From a virus (taxonomy: Duplodnaviria > Caudoviricetes), in the IMG/VR virus record IMGVR_UViG_2863283106_000001, positions 32,001-96,000 of that record: a DNA stretch of 64,000 nt; one strand, written 5' to 3'. Under the pieces are notes generated by a model that was given only the letters and a program-made list of their open reading frames with translations, was not told where the DNA came from and made no database searches. Both the position numbers and the translations under genes were made by a program. Below, piece by piece: positions 1 to 8,900 of the stretch (positions within the stretch are counted from its first letter, which is position 1; every line of letters begins with the position of its first letter).

Positions 1-823
1 CGGGCGGGCCCACAGCGTCCTTCCCACGGCGCACACGGCCGTGGTTGGAACCGCAGGTCGCCGCGACGACGCGCCCGAAGCGACCGGCGAGCCGGTCCAG
101 GCCCTCGAACGTCACCCGGCGGTGCACGCGGATCATCTCCGTCAGGGTCAGGTCGTTGGTGAACGCCTGCTGCGTCGTGTTCTCGAACCCTTCCACACAG
201 TCACCGGCGTCCATCCACCACGCCGCGGTCGGCGCGCGGCCCACGGCCTTGAGGTCACGAATGTGGTCGTCGAGCCGGTCGAATCGGTCGGCGATCCGGG
301 CAATGAGCTCGGGGGTACCGCCGTCCCGGCCCACCTTCCCGGCCTGCGCATCGGCGTACACGACGACCAGGGCGCGCTCCGCAGTGTCGACGATGGGGCG
401 TGCCTTGCGGCGGCGGCGCATCGCGTCCCGGACGAGGGCATCGACGTCGCCGGCGGACATCCACGCGGGCGCAGCAGGCTCGATGACGTACCGGCAGCGC
501 CACACGGCCCGGGTGACGGCGTCCTCGCCCTCCCTGTCGCGGTGCCAGGCGGCCGGGTCGTGCTTGGCCTCCACTAGGCGGACACGGAACCCGTCGGGAA
601 TGGACAGGCCCATCTCCTCGACCCGCTGGCGCAGTTCGTCGTCCCCGTTCGGTGGCTTCTCCGCGGGCGGGGCGGTGACGACCATGGTGCCGCCCGGCTC
701 GTACCGCACACCCTCCTCCCAGCCGCGGGGTGCGGCCGGCTGCAGGCGCTGTGCCTGCGGGGGCTGGCTCTGGGAGTGGGTGGCAGGCTCGAGGAGCGCC
801 TGCAGCTCGTGGTTCAGGGTCAT
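1..823 (-). CDS. Calcineurin-like metallophosphoesterase (Mre11-like phage nuclease/phosphatase), truncated by the window edge
   Basis: Not in the ORF track. Translated from ATG 823 (ATGA overlap with the upstream gene): MTLNHELQALL...VVVYADAQAGK...WMDAGDCVEGFEN...TCGSNHGR, giving the DxQ, GD and (G)NH motifs. Confidence 0.7.
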   Translation of the reverse strand, partial: MTLNHELQALLEPATHSQSQPPQAQRLQPAAPRGWEEGVRYEPGGTMVVTAPPAEKPPNGDDELRQRVEEMGLSIPDGFRVRLVEAKHDPAAWHRDREGEDAVTRAVWRCRYVIEPAAPAWMSAGDVDALVRDAMRRRRKARPIVDTAERALVVVYADAQAGKVGRDGGTPELIARIADRFDRLDDHIRDLKAVGRAPTAAWWMDAGDCVEGFENTTQQAFTNDLTLTEMIRVHRRVTFEGLDRLAGRFGRVVAATCGSNHGRVRRGKDAVGPP

Positions 824-1095
824 CGCTCGCACCGGCATCCGTTGGGCATGCCGCGCCGTCGGTGCCGGGCGACGGTGTAGGCCGTGATGGGGTCGCCGTA
901 GCGGCTGAGCGTCTCAGCGATGGCCGTGGCCGTGACGCTGGGGGTGTCCAGCACCGTGCGGAGGGATGCGGCCACGTCGGGGTCCGCGGCTTCCAGGAGG
1001 GCGCCGACGCTGCAGCGGGGGCCCCGGTGGGTGGCGGGGGCGCCGGTGAGAGCGTCCAGCTCCTGGGCGAGGCCTACGGGTTGTTTCTCGATCAC
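820..1095 (-). CDS. Small HTH-like, Cys-containing putative DNA-binding protein
   Basis: GTG at 1095 with a GGAGGA RBS; TATAIAETLSRYG..TVARHRR..CRC; coupled to the phosphoesterase gene. Confidence 0.55.
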   Translation of the reverse strand: MIEKQPVGLAQELDALTGAPATHRGPRCSVGALLEAADPDVAASLRTVLDTPSVTATAIAETLSRYGDPITAYTVARHRRRGMPNGCRCER

Positions 1096-1180
1096 CGAGC
1101 GTCCTCCGTCAGTTGTGAGGGTGGTACGTGGGAGGGGGCGCACCCGCGGGCCCGGGTGCACCCCCTCGCGCGGGCCGGGA

Positions 1181-2473
1181 TCAGCCGGTGGTCGGCGTGG
1201 TCCAGGTACCGATGACGAACGACTCCGGGCGGGGCACCTCCAGCGCGAGACGCTCGTCCGCGCGGAACGTGATCAAGCCCTGTTCGTAGTTCGTCCCGTT
1301 CTCCGAGGAGACGGTGACGGAGACGCTCTCTCGGTCGTGGAGCTGCGCGCCAAGACCGAACGCACCGATCAGGAAGTCGGTGTCGGACATCGCGGTCGTT
1401 TCGACGACGTTCAACCGCCAGACCTTCTTCTCGGCGCCGATGGCGACGGCGATGGCGACGCGGAAGGCGCCGTTCTTGTCCTCCTCGACCTCGACGTGCT
1501 CCCACATCGTCGGGGACAGGACGATGCCGGTGGGGTCGTACTCGGCGAGCAGGGCCTTGGTGATGGCGCGCCGGATCTGGACGCTGTACTGGTCGGTGGC
1601 CAGACCGGTGTACTGCTGAACCCCCGGCGTGTTGTAGATGCCGGTGATCGACTGGCCGTCGCCGACGGAGTGGAGGAGGTCCCAGTCCTCGGCGTACTTC
1701 ACGCCTTCGACCATGCGCGAATTCACGAAAGTCTTGAGCCGAGGCTCGTCCGACAGGATGTTCTTGTGGGCGTCGAGCAGGTGCGCAACCTCGGCGACCG
1801 GGTACATCACGGGCGTCAGCGTGAGCTTGGACCGCGGGGCCCGGCCCCAGGTGTCGGTCTCGGCGCCGGTCGCTGGCGACGTGCCGTCGGCGGCGTACCG
1901 CTCCTTGACCTGGCGGGCGTTGTTCGTCCAGCCGGTCTCTCGCGCGCCGTACAGGACGGCGTTCTTGGTGGTGGACTTCGGGAACAGGTCCCGGATGTGG
2001 AACTTCCGGAACGGCCGCTCGGCGATGCCCAGGTTCTGGGCGGAGCCGAGGACCTGGTGGGTCACCGTGCCGGCGGACAGGGAGAAGATGGACTTCCCCT
2101 CGATGTCGGCGCGGATGTACGGCTTGTCACGGAACCCGGCCTGCATGGCGTGCTTGTAGGAGTCGGACTCGACGAACAGGTCACCGAGCGACTTCTCCTC
2201 CATGCCGGGGCGCTGGCCGTAGTGGCTGGCCGCGGCCGGCGGCGCCTCCGGGGCGTCGAGGTACTGCTTGACCTCGGTCAGGTTCTGCTCGGCGTCGATG
2301 AGGGCCTTGATCTCCGCGGCTTCGCCGGAGACCTTGCGGAAGGCCTTGGCCTGCTCGCTGGAGACGACGAACTGTCCGCCGTCCTCGACCTTGAACGTCT
2401 GGCTGATGCGCTCGGCTTCGGCGGACTTCGCCTGGAGTGCCTTCTGCAGCTCCTGGATACGGCTGGTGGGCAT
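1181..2473 (-). CDS. HK97-fold major capsid protein with N-terminal delta (scaffold) domain
   Basis: Start MPTSRIQELQ with RBS; coiled-coil N-terminus, EEKSLGD, EDWDLLHSVGDGQSITGI, C-terminal ITFRADERLALEVPRPESF. Confidence 0.92.
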   Translation of the reverse strand: MPTSRIQELQKALQAKSAEAERISQTFKVEDGGQFVVSSEQAKAFRKVSGEAAEIKALIDAEQNLTEVKQYLDAPEAPPAAASHYGQRPGMEEKSLGDLFVESDSYKHAMQAGFRDKPYIRADIEGKSIFSLSAGTVTHQVLGSAQNLGIAERPFRKFHIRDLFPKSTTKNAVLYGARETGWTNNARQVKERYAADGTSPATGAETDTWGRAPRSKLTLTPVMYPVAEVAHLLDAHKNILSDEPRLKTFVNSRMVEGVKYAEDWDLLHSVGDGQSITGIYNTPGVQQYTGLATDQYSVQIRRAITKALLAEYDPTGIVLSPTMWEHVEVEEDKNGAFRVAIAVAIGAEKKVWRLNVVETTAMSDTDFLIGAFGLGAQLHDRESVSVTVSSENGTNYEQGLITFRADERLALEVPRPESFVIGTWTTPTTG

Positions 2474-2585
2474 TGGGGTGCTCTCCCTGATGCTGGGGTG
2501 CGGTTGACGTGCGTCGCTCGCCCGGCCAGCACCGGGACGCCTCAACGCGAGGCGGTATGGAAGAGGGAGAGGGGTGTTAACGTCG

Positions 2586-2622
2586 CGCGCTGCCCGCTCG
2601 GGTAGTCAAGAGCGGGCAGCGC
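2586..2622 (-). terminator. Stem-loop after the protease gene
   Basis: GCGCTGCCCGCTC-N10-GAGCGGGCAGCGC inverted repeat. Confidence 0.55.
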
Positions 2623-2697
2623 ATGGAGTTTGACCTGCTGTTTTGTTGTCGGCGGCAGGGAAGGGTCGCCGGAATCGGGTGGGTTCTGGGGTGCAAC

Positions 2698-4653
2698 TCA
2701 GCTCTGCATCAGGGCGAGTGCGGCCTTCACCTCCTCCGCGTCCAGGCGGACGGTCTCGTCCTCCGGCGGGGCGGCCGCCCCCATGTCCTCGTCGTCTTCG
2801 TCGTCCCAGCTCGTGTCCTCGTCGCTCGTGTCCTCGTCGTCGCCGAAGGTGTCGTCGTCCCACAGGTCCAGTCCGACCGGGGCGGGCGCCGTCGGCCGGC
2901 GCGCGAACGTGGTGACGTCCCCCTCCTCGCTCTCGTCCTTGCCGGTGGCGACGTCCAGCCCCTTCGCGGACAGGGCCGCGATCAGCTCGCGCACCTTGTC
3001 GCGGACGCCTCCGAGCTGCTCCGGGCCGGCGGTGGTGCTGCTGACGCGGGCGGTGGCGTCAGTGAGTGCGTCGACGGTGGGCTGTACGACGCGCGCGTCG
3101 ACGTCCTCGTCTTCGGTGGCGGCACGGTGCGCGGTGGTGCCCTCCGGCACGACGATGGTGGCGAGCTCGACGGACTGCGGCTTGGACAGGGTGATGTCGC
3201 CGGCGGCCGTGACCGTGTACGGGATCGCGTAGTAGGCGCTGCGGCGTTCGTCTTCGGAGTGCACGGACACGATGACGCGGTCCGGGTAGGTGCCCTCGAT
3301 GCACGTCCACGTCTGGCCGTCTTGGTTGAGGAGCTCGCGGACCTTGTCGGAGAGCCGGGCGCGGAACTGTTCCTGAGACTCGGGCAGGGGCTTGGGGGAC
3401 ATCACGGGGGCCTCCAGGGGGGCATTCTTGGCCTCGGTGACCATGGATCGGGCGGACTTGTGCTCGATGCGCGGCAGAGCGCGGGCGGCCCGTACGGCGG
3501 CGCGCGCGGACTTCTCCTCGGTGGGGGCCACGCCGTTGCGGGTGGCCTTGAGGATGCCCTCGAGGATGTTCGGGGAGACAGGGCGGATCGGCTTCGGGGC
3601 CGGGCCCTGCGGGAGGGCCGCGCCGGCCAGGAGCTCCCACGGGGCTTCGCGGCACTCCGGCCGCAGGAGCGGCATGTCGGGCAGGGACGTGATCGGCCAC
3701 CAGGCGGTGACCTCGGTGGCGTCGCCCTTGGGGTCGTCGGGGTTGGCGACGCGGCGTTCTTCGCTGGGCTTGTTGATGGGAACGGACGCCTCGGTCGGAA
3801 CAACGGCAACATAGCCGCGGTAGATGCCGTTCGGGGCGACCCAGGTACCGACGATGCTCGCGGTGCCGGGCAGGGTCGAGCCGGTCTCCTCGCTCCACTC
3901 GCGCACTGCGGCGGCGAGGGAGTCCTCCCCGTCTTCCAGGTGTCCGCCGGGGAATTCCCAGGTGCCGGCGGCCGGGTCGTCGTCGTTGAGGGCGCGCTGG
4001 AGCATCAGCACGCGGCCGGTGTCGGCGGCTTTCACGACCAGGCCCGCAACCTTGACGCCCTTGCCTTCCGCGGGGGTGGCGACGTCGATCTCTACGTGGG
4101 AGGGCGTGGTCTTGTACTCGAGGCCCACGTGCCCGGCGGCGGACTTCACCTCAAGGCTGCGGGTCAGCGGGTGCGCGCCGTGCAGGACCGGGGAGACCTC
4201 GAACAGGTCCAGGTCGTGGATGACGCGGACGCCGTCGCCGCGGAGCGTTGCGCCTTCCGTCGGCACGCGGTAGCCGATGGAGAACGCGGCCTGCTGGTGC
4301 TCGTGCCACTGCTTGACCTGCTCGTAGGCGTCGCGGCCCTGCTGGGTGCGCAGGTTGTAGATCACGGTGGCGACGAGGGCGCCGGCCTCGGCGGGCCAGC
4401 CGGGGACGCTGGCGAATCGGGGGTCGCCGGGCCGCCACTCCTCGCACTCGATGACGACGCCGACGGGGTCCTTCCACCCGTGGTGCCAGACGGTTTTGAC
4501 GGGGCGGGAGGCCAGGGTGCGGGCGAAAGCACCGGGCACGATGAGGTCGTTTACCTCGTCGACCACGCCGGTGACGGCGTAGATAGCCCGGCTGGTGCCT
4601 CGCTGACTGGTGCTGGGGCGTGGGGATCTGATGGGTGGAGCAGCGCTCGGCAC
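2698..4653 (-). CDS. HK97-family prohead maturation protease fused to a NUDIX hydrolase and an acidic C-terminal region
   Basis: Protease motifs DLIVPGAF..WHH..PVG..FSIGY..LFEVSPV..GA, then the Nudix box GGHLEDGEDSLAAAVREWSEETG; GGAGG RBS. Confidence 0.88.
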   Translation of the reverse strand: MPSAAPPIRSPRPSTSQRGTSRAIYAVTGVVDEVNDLIVPGAFARTLASRPVKTVWHHGWKDPVGVVIECEEWRPGDPRFASVPGWPAEAGALVATVIYNLRTQQGRDAYEQVKQWHEHQQAAFSIGYRVPTEGATLRGDGVRVIHDLDLFEVSPVLHGAHPLTRSLEVKSAAGHVGLEYKTTPSHVEIDVATPAEGKGVKVAGLVVKAADTGRVLMLQRALNDDDPAAGTWEFPGGHLEDGEDSLAAAVREWSEETGSTLPGTASIVGTWVAPNGIYRGYVAVVPTEASVPINKPSEERRVANPDDPKGDATEVTAWWPITSLPDMPLLRPECREAPWELLAGAALPQGPAPKPIRPVSPNILEGILKATRNGVAPTEEKSARAAVRAARALPRIEHKSARSMVTEAKNAPLEAPVMSPKPLPESQEQFRARLSDKVRELLNQDGQTWTCIEGTYPDRVIVSVHSEDERRSAYYAIPYTVTAAGDITLSKPQSVELATIVVPEGTTAHRAATEDEDVDARVVQPTVDALTDATARVSSTTAGPEQLGGVRDKVRELIAALSAKGLDVATGKDESEEGDVTTFARRPTAPAPVGLDLWDDDTFGDDEDTSDEDTSWDDEDDEDMGAAAPPEDETVRLDAEEVKAALALMQS

Positions 4654-4712
4654 GGCGGGGAACCTCCGGCGGTCGACAGTGGGCCGCCGGGCACCGTGCC
4701 GTTCGCGTCTGC

Positions 4713-4922
4713 CTAGTGTCCTGTTCTGGGCGCCGACTGTTGCGGGTGCGCCTCAGCCTGGGAACGGGCTGCATTCCAGCCCCGGGTCCAGTAGCGGTAT
4801 CCGAACCGCTGTTCCTTGTCGCCGATGCGGTCGTACGGGCAGGCGTCGGAGGGGTCCCCCGCGGCGTATGCGGCCTTGCCCTCGTTGAATCGGACCAGGT
4901 AGGCCTGGCGGTCGAGCTGCAC
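4713..4922 (-). CDS. Rmf/CrpP-like small protein
   Basis: EGKAAYAAG..CPY..YWTRGW follows the ribosome modulation factor pattern G..A...G...CPY...W..GW; AAGGAG RBS. Confidence 0.6.
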   Translation of the reverse strand: MQLDRQAYLVRFNEGKAAYAAGDPSDACPYDRIGDKEQRFGYRYWTRGWNAARSQAEAHPQQSAPRTGH

Positions 4923-4934
4923 TCTCGGCTCTCC

Positions 4935-5558
4935 TTACTGGCCTTGGAACATCGAGTCCTGGACACCGCGGTCCCCCGGCGGTGCCGGGTCGGCCGGCGC
5001 CGCGGGGTCGGACGCAGCGTCCTCACCCTCGGGGCCGTGCGTGCGGGTCATCTGGGCGCCGTCCACGTCGGTCGCCCACGCGTCCGGGTCGGTGTACCGC
5101 CACACCTGTCCGGTCTCGTCGCGGACCCACCCGGTCAGTGTGCCGTCCGGAGCGCGGTCGAGCCAAGCCTGTTCGCCGTTGCTGCCGGTGTAGGCGCAGT
5201 ACGCGTCTTCGGGGGTGGTCTCGTCGCCCTCGTCGTACATGTCGCCGGCCCAGGGGCGGGAGTCGTCCTCGGGCGGTGCGGGGGCTGCGGCCGGGTCCTC
5301 GGCGTCGCCTGCCTCCTCCGGTGGCATGTCCGTGGCCGGGGGCGCCGCGGGATCGGCCGGTTCGGCGGTCGCGGCAGGATCCTCGGGCAGGTCCTCCGGG
5401 AGATCCTCGGAGGGCTCGCTGTCGGAAACGCCAGGCTCGGCGCCCTTGAGCGAGGCCTCTTCGGTGCCCTCGGTCTCCTCGTTCTCGTCGTCGTCTTCCT
5501 CCCCGAAAGGCTTGCCGCCCTGGGGGAGAGCCTTGATGGCGAATCCGTATCTGGTCAC
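4935..5558 (-). CDS. Acidic, Pro-rich head-associated protein
   Basis: Likely leaderless GTG at 5558 (MTRYGFAIKAL...) behind a class-A promoter; Trp-rich C-terminal domain. Confidence 0.6.
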   Translation of the reverse strand: MTRYGFAIKALPQGGKPFGEEDDDENEETEGTEEASLKGAEPGVSDSEPSEDLPEDLPEDPAATAEPADPAAPPATDMPPEEAGDAEDPAAAPAPPEDDSRPWAGDMYDEGDETTPEDAYCAYTGSNGEQAWLDRAPDGTLTGWVRDETGQVWRYTDPDAWATDVDGAQMTRTHGPEGEDAASDPAAPADPAPPGDRGVQDSMFQGQ

Positions 5559-5669
5559 AGTGCGGAGGATGACGAGCGCGACGGCTTGTGTCCCGGGCAG
5601 TGCTCCCTGCGCACCGCACCCGCCACCCCAACCAAGATCATTCTTGCCCAATTGGGCAAGTCTCCGGGA

Positions 5670-5939
5670 TCAGTTCTCCGGAACGCGGGTCCTCTTCAGC
5701 ACCTCCCCGCTCGTCTCGATGACGTTGGTGAACGTCTGCAGCACCGCAAGGACGGACGCGGTGTCATCCCCGGCCACGGTCTTGACGGGGCCGGTCGGGG
5801 ACAGGGAGACAGACTCGCCCAGGTGGAGCTCCACCAGGGCCGCAGCCCGGTACGACCCGATCACCGGGCGGGCGGCCCGCCCGGTGATCTGCACTGTGTA
5901 GGTCGCACCGTCGTCGAACGAGCCGGTGACGGTGAGCAC
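5670..5939 (-). CDS. Hypothetical protein
   Basis: GGAGGA RBS directly after the giant gene's stop codon. Confidence 0.6.
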   Translation of the reverse strand: MLTVTGSFDDGATYTVQITGRAARPVIGSYRAAALVELHLGESVSLSPTGPVKTVAGDDTASVLAVLQTFTNVIETSGEVLKRTRVPEN

Positions 5940-5950
5940 GGCCTTCCTCC

Positions 5951-8900
5951 TTACCTCGTGGCCATCAGGCCCAGGAGGAACGCCCGCAGGTCGTCGTCCT
6001 GGTACCAGTCGCCGTTGAACATCGCCTGAACGGACCGGGCGAGACTGTCACCGGTGTCCGGTTGCGTCTGCTGCCGGCGCAGGAGCCGGTCCAGGGCGCT
6101 CGACCGCATACGGCGGGCGCCCGGCCGGCCCGTGTGGGTCCGGGTGAACCAGAACGCCCGCTGCGCCGCGTCCAGGTCCCCGATGTGCCGGGCGAGGTGC
6201 TGCGCCAGACCGTGCCCAGCGGTGCTCAGCCCCTCGTCGGCCAGGTCGGCGACCGTGATGCGCTGCCCGCTCGGCTCGTAGCGGCCCTCGTCGCCGTCCA
6301 CGGCCGTCACGCCGCGCACCGCGCCGGTGGCGAGCCACGACCGGGGAAGGACGCGCTGCACGCCCCGCACGGCCCGCTCGGCGTCCGGGGTGCTGTCCGG
6401 GCCGAACACGATGCCGGCGCTGCCGTCGGGGCCGACGTCGCGGATTTCGGCCAGGGCCGCGGCCACGGCGTCGGGCACCGCGGCCGCGTACCGGGCACGC
6501 AGGTCCGCGTACTCCCGGCGGGCGGTCGACAGCTCCATGCGGGCCGCGTCGATCTCGATCTCGAGGTCGGGGTCATCCGGGATGGTCGCGCTGCTACGGG
6601 CCGCCTGCAGGTTGACCAGACGCCGCTCGCTGGTGGCGACGTAGTCGTCGGCGTGCTGCAGCGTGACGTGCGGGTCGTCCCCGAAGTCGTCCCCGAGGAC
6701 CGCGGCCAGGCGGCGGGTGACGTCCTGGTCGACGTCGCCGCCGGCCGCCCGCAGGGCCGCCATGTGGCGAAGCGCGGCCAGGCCGGGGCCGCCGTCGGCC
6801 GCCCGGTCCGGCGCCCACTGGATCCGGTCCGACATCCCCGGGAGGCGGCCCGCGGCGAGCTGCCCCCACGTCGTCGGCCGCCAGAGGGTGACCCGGCGCT
6901 GCGCCTGCCCGAACCGGCCCGGCTCCGGCATCAGACCGGCCCAGTGGGAGATCCGGCCGGCGAGCGAGCCACCGTCCGTGTCAGGCAGGTTCACCGCACG
7001 GTGCAGGCGGGCCAGTCGCCGGGACTCCGGCCACTGCCTCACCCGGCGGACCAGGCGCCCGAGGAATGCCCGCAGGCGGCGCAGACGCTCACGCGCCGAC
7101 CGGTACTTCTCGGCGATCTTCCGGGCGCCGGCCTTCACCAGCAGTGCCAGGCGCTTGGCCAGGCGGATGAGGAAGGCGACGATCCGGGCGAGGAGGCCCG
7201 GCTGCCGGGCGGCCTCCGGGGACGCTGCGGCAATCCGGCGGGCGATCCGGCGGGCGGTGGCCTGCCGGGATCCGTCGAGCTGCCGGGTGACGATACGGGC
7301 GATCCGCTCGGCGTCGCCCGGGTCGACGCCGGCGGCCTGGAGTTGCTGCAGGAGCGCGTTCATCGCGTCGTCGACGTGCCCCGTGACCGCCCGCGCGACG
7401 TCGGGGTCGGCATCCGGGTCCGTTGCCGTGCGCGCGTCGGCGACTTGGCCGGGGATGAGGCGCAGGAGGTCCCGGGCGCGGGCCGCCAGGTCCTCGTTGC
7501 TCTCGCCGGGGAGCGGCTCGAGGTCGTTGATGGTGCGCAGGGCCGCCCGCACGGTGTCCGTGTGGGCCTGTTCCCGGGTGTCACGGAGGGTCTGCTGTGC
7601 GGCGTCTCGGTCGCTGCCGGTGATGCCCGCGGCGTCGAGGGCATCGGCGCCGTCACGGCTGGTTTCGTCCCGGACGTTGCGCAGAGCCTCGGGGGTGAGG
7701 CGCTGGGCGATCTGCTCGCGCAGGGCGTGGATGTCTCCGGGCGGCTCCGTGCCCGCGACAGCTTCGCCGATGATGCGGGCGGCGAGGCTGCGGGCCTGGT
7801 CGCTGGCGATCCGGTCGGTGCTGGACTGCGGGGTCGGGTTGGGGTCGCGGAGCTCTCCGACTGGCGGGAGGGCCGGGGTGGGCCGGTTCCGGTCGTAGAC
7901 GTTCACGGCGCGGCCGGCGTGCAGGCCGAAGTCGTGGACGTTGCCGTCCTCGTCCATGCCGGTGAGCTGCATCCACCATCCGTTGCGGTGGGGTGCGCTG
8001 ATGATCGTCAGGCGACGGTGGCCGTTGAACTGGTAGCCGGCCCGGCTGACGGGGGCGTCAATGACGTCACCGGCGCGGAGGTTGCCGGGGCGGACCTGGG
8101 CGATGGGCACGGACGGCTCGTCGGGGACGGCCGCGGCCGGGGCGTTCCCGGTGTCCGGGCCGGAGGGGTCGGTGTCGTCGTCTCCGTCGGTGGTGTCGGC
8201 GTCCGGGGCGGGGGCGCCCGCCGCGGGGGCCGGGCCGGGGGCCGGGGTGCTCGGCGCCGCGGAGGCCGGGGTGCTCGGCGCCGCGGAGGCCGAAGGCTCG
8301 TCACCCATGTCCGGGGTGACCACCAGGCGATCCCGGTTCCCCACGAACCACTCCACGGCCCGCCGCGGCCGGCCAGCGACCAGCACGGTCTCGGCGAGGA
8401 GACCGCCCAACAGCTCATAGCGGACCGTGGCGGTCGGGCCGCCGGCGATCCCCACGAGCTCCACCGTCACCCATCGGCCGCTCACATCGACGGCCTCAAT
8501 ACGGCGCGTGTACCAGCCCCCGTCCGAATGGCCGTTACCCACCACCAGGTGCTGCCCCGGCTGGAGCTTCGAGGCCTGCACCGCCATGGTGCCCTCCTGG
8601 TCCAGGGCCCGGCCCGGCCCGTCCGCGGCGGGAGTCTCCACCACCTCGAAGCCTTCGCTGCTGCCTACGGTGGCGCTCATGAACCTCCCGTCATGGCCGA
8701 CGAGACGGAGCTGAACCGTCCTGCGATCCTCGCTGCGCTGCGCCTCAGCCACCAGCATCCGGCGCTGTTCGCCGTTGACGGGCACGCTCACCACTTCACC
8801 GATACTGAGGTAGCGGGCCTCAACCCTCATGCGCGGCGCGCTGTCCTCCCCCTGGCCGTCACCCTGAGCGGGCGGCTCCGGAGGTGCAGGGTGCGCTTCG

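Noticed and set aside
820-1095. Terminase small subunit
   Set aside because: HTH-like, but far from terL and coupled to the phosphoesterase gene; insufficient support.
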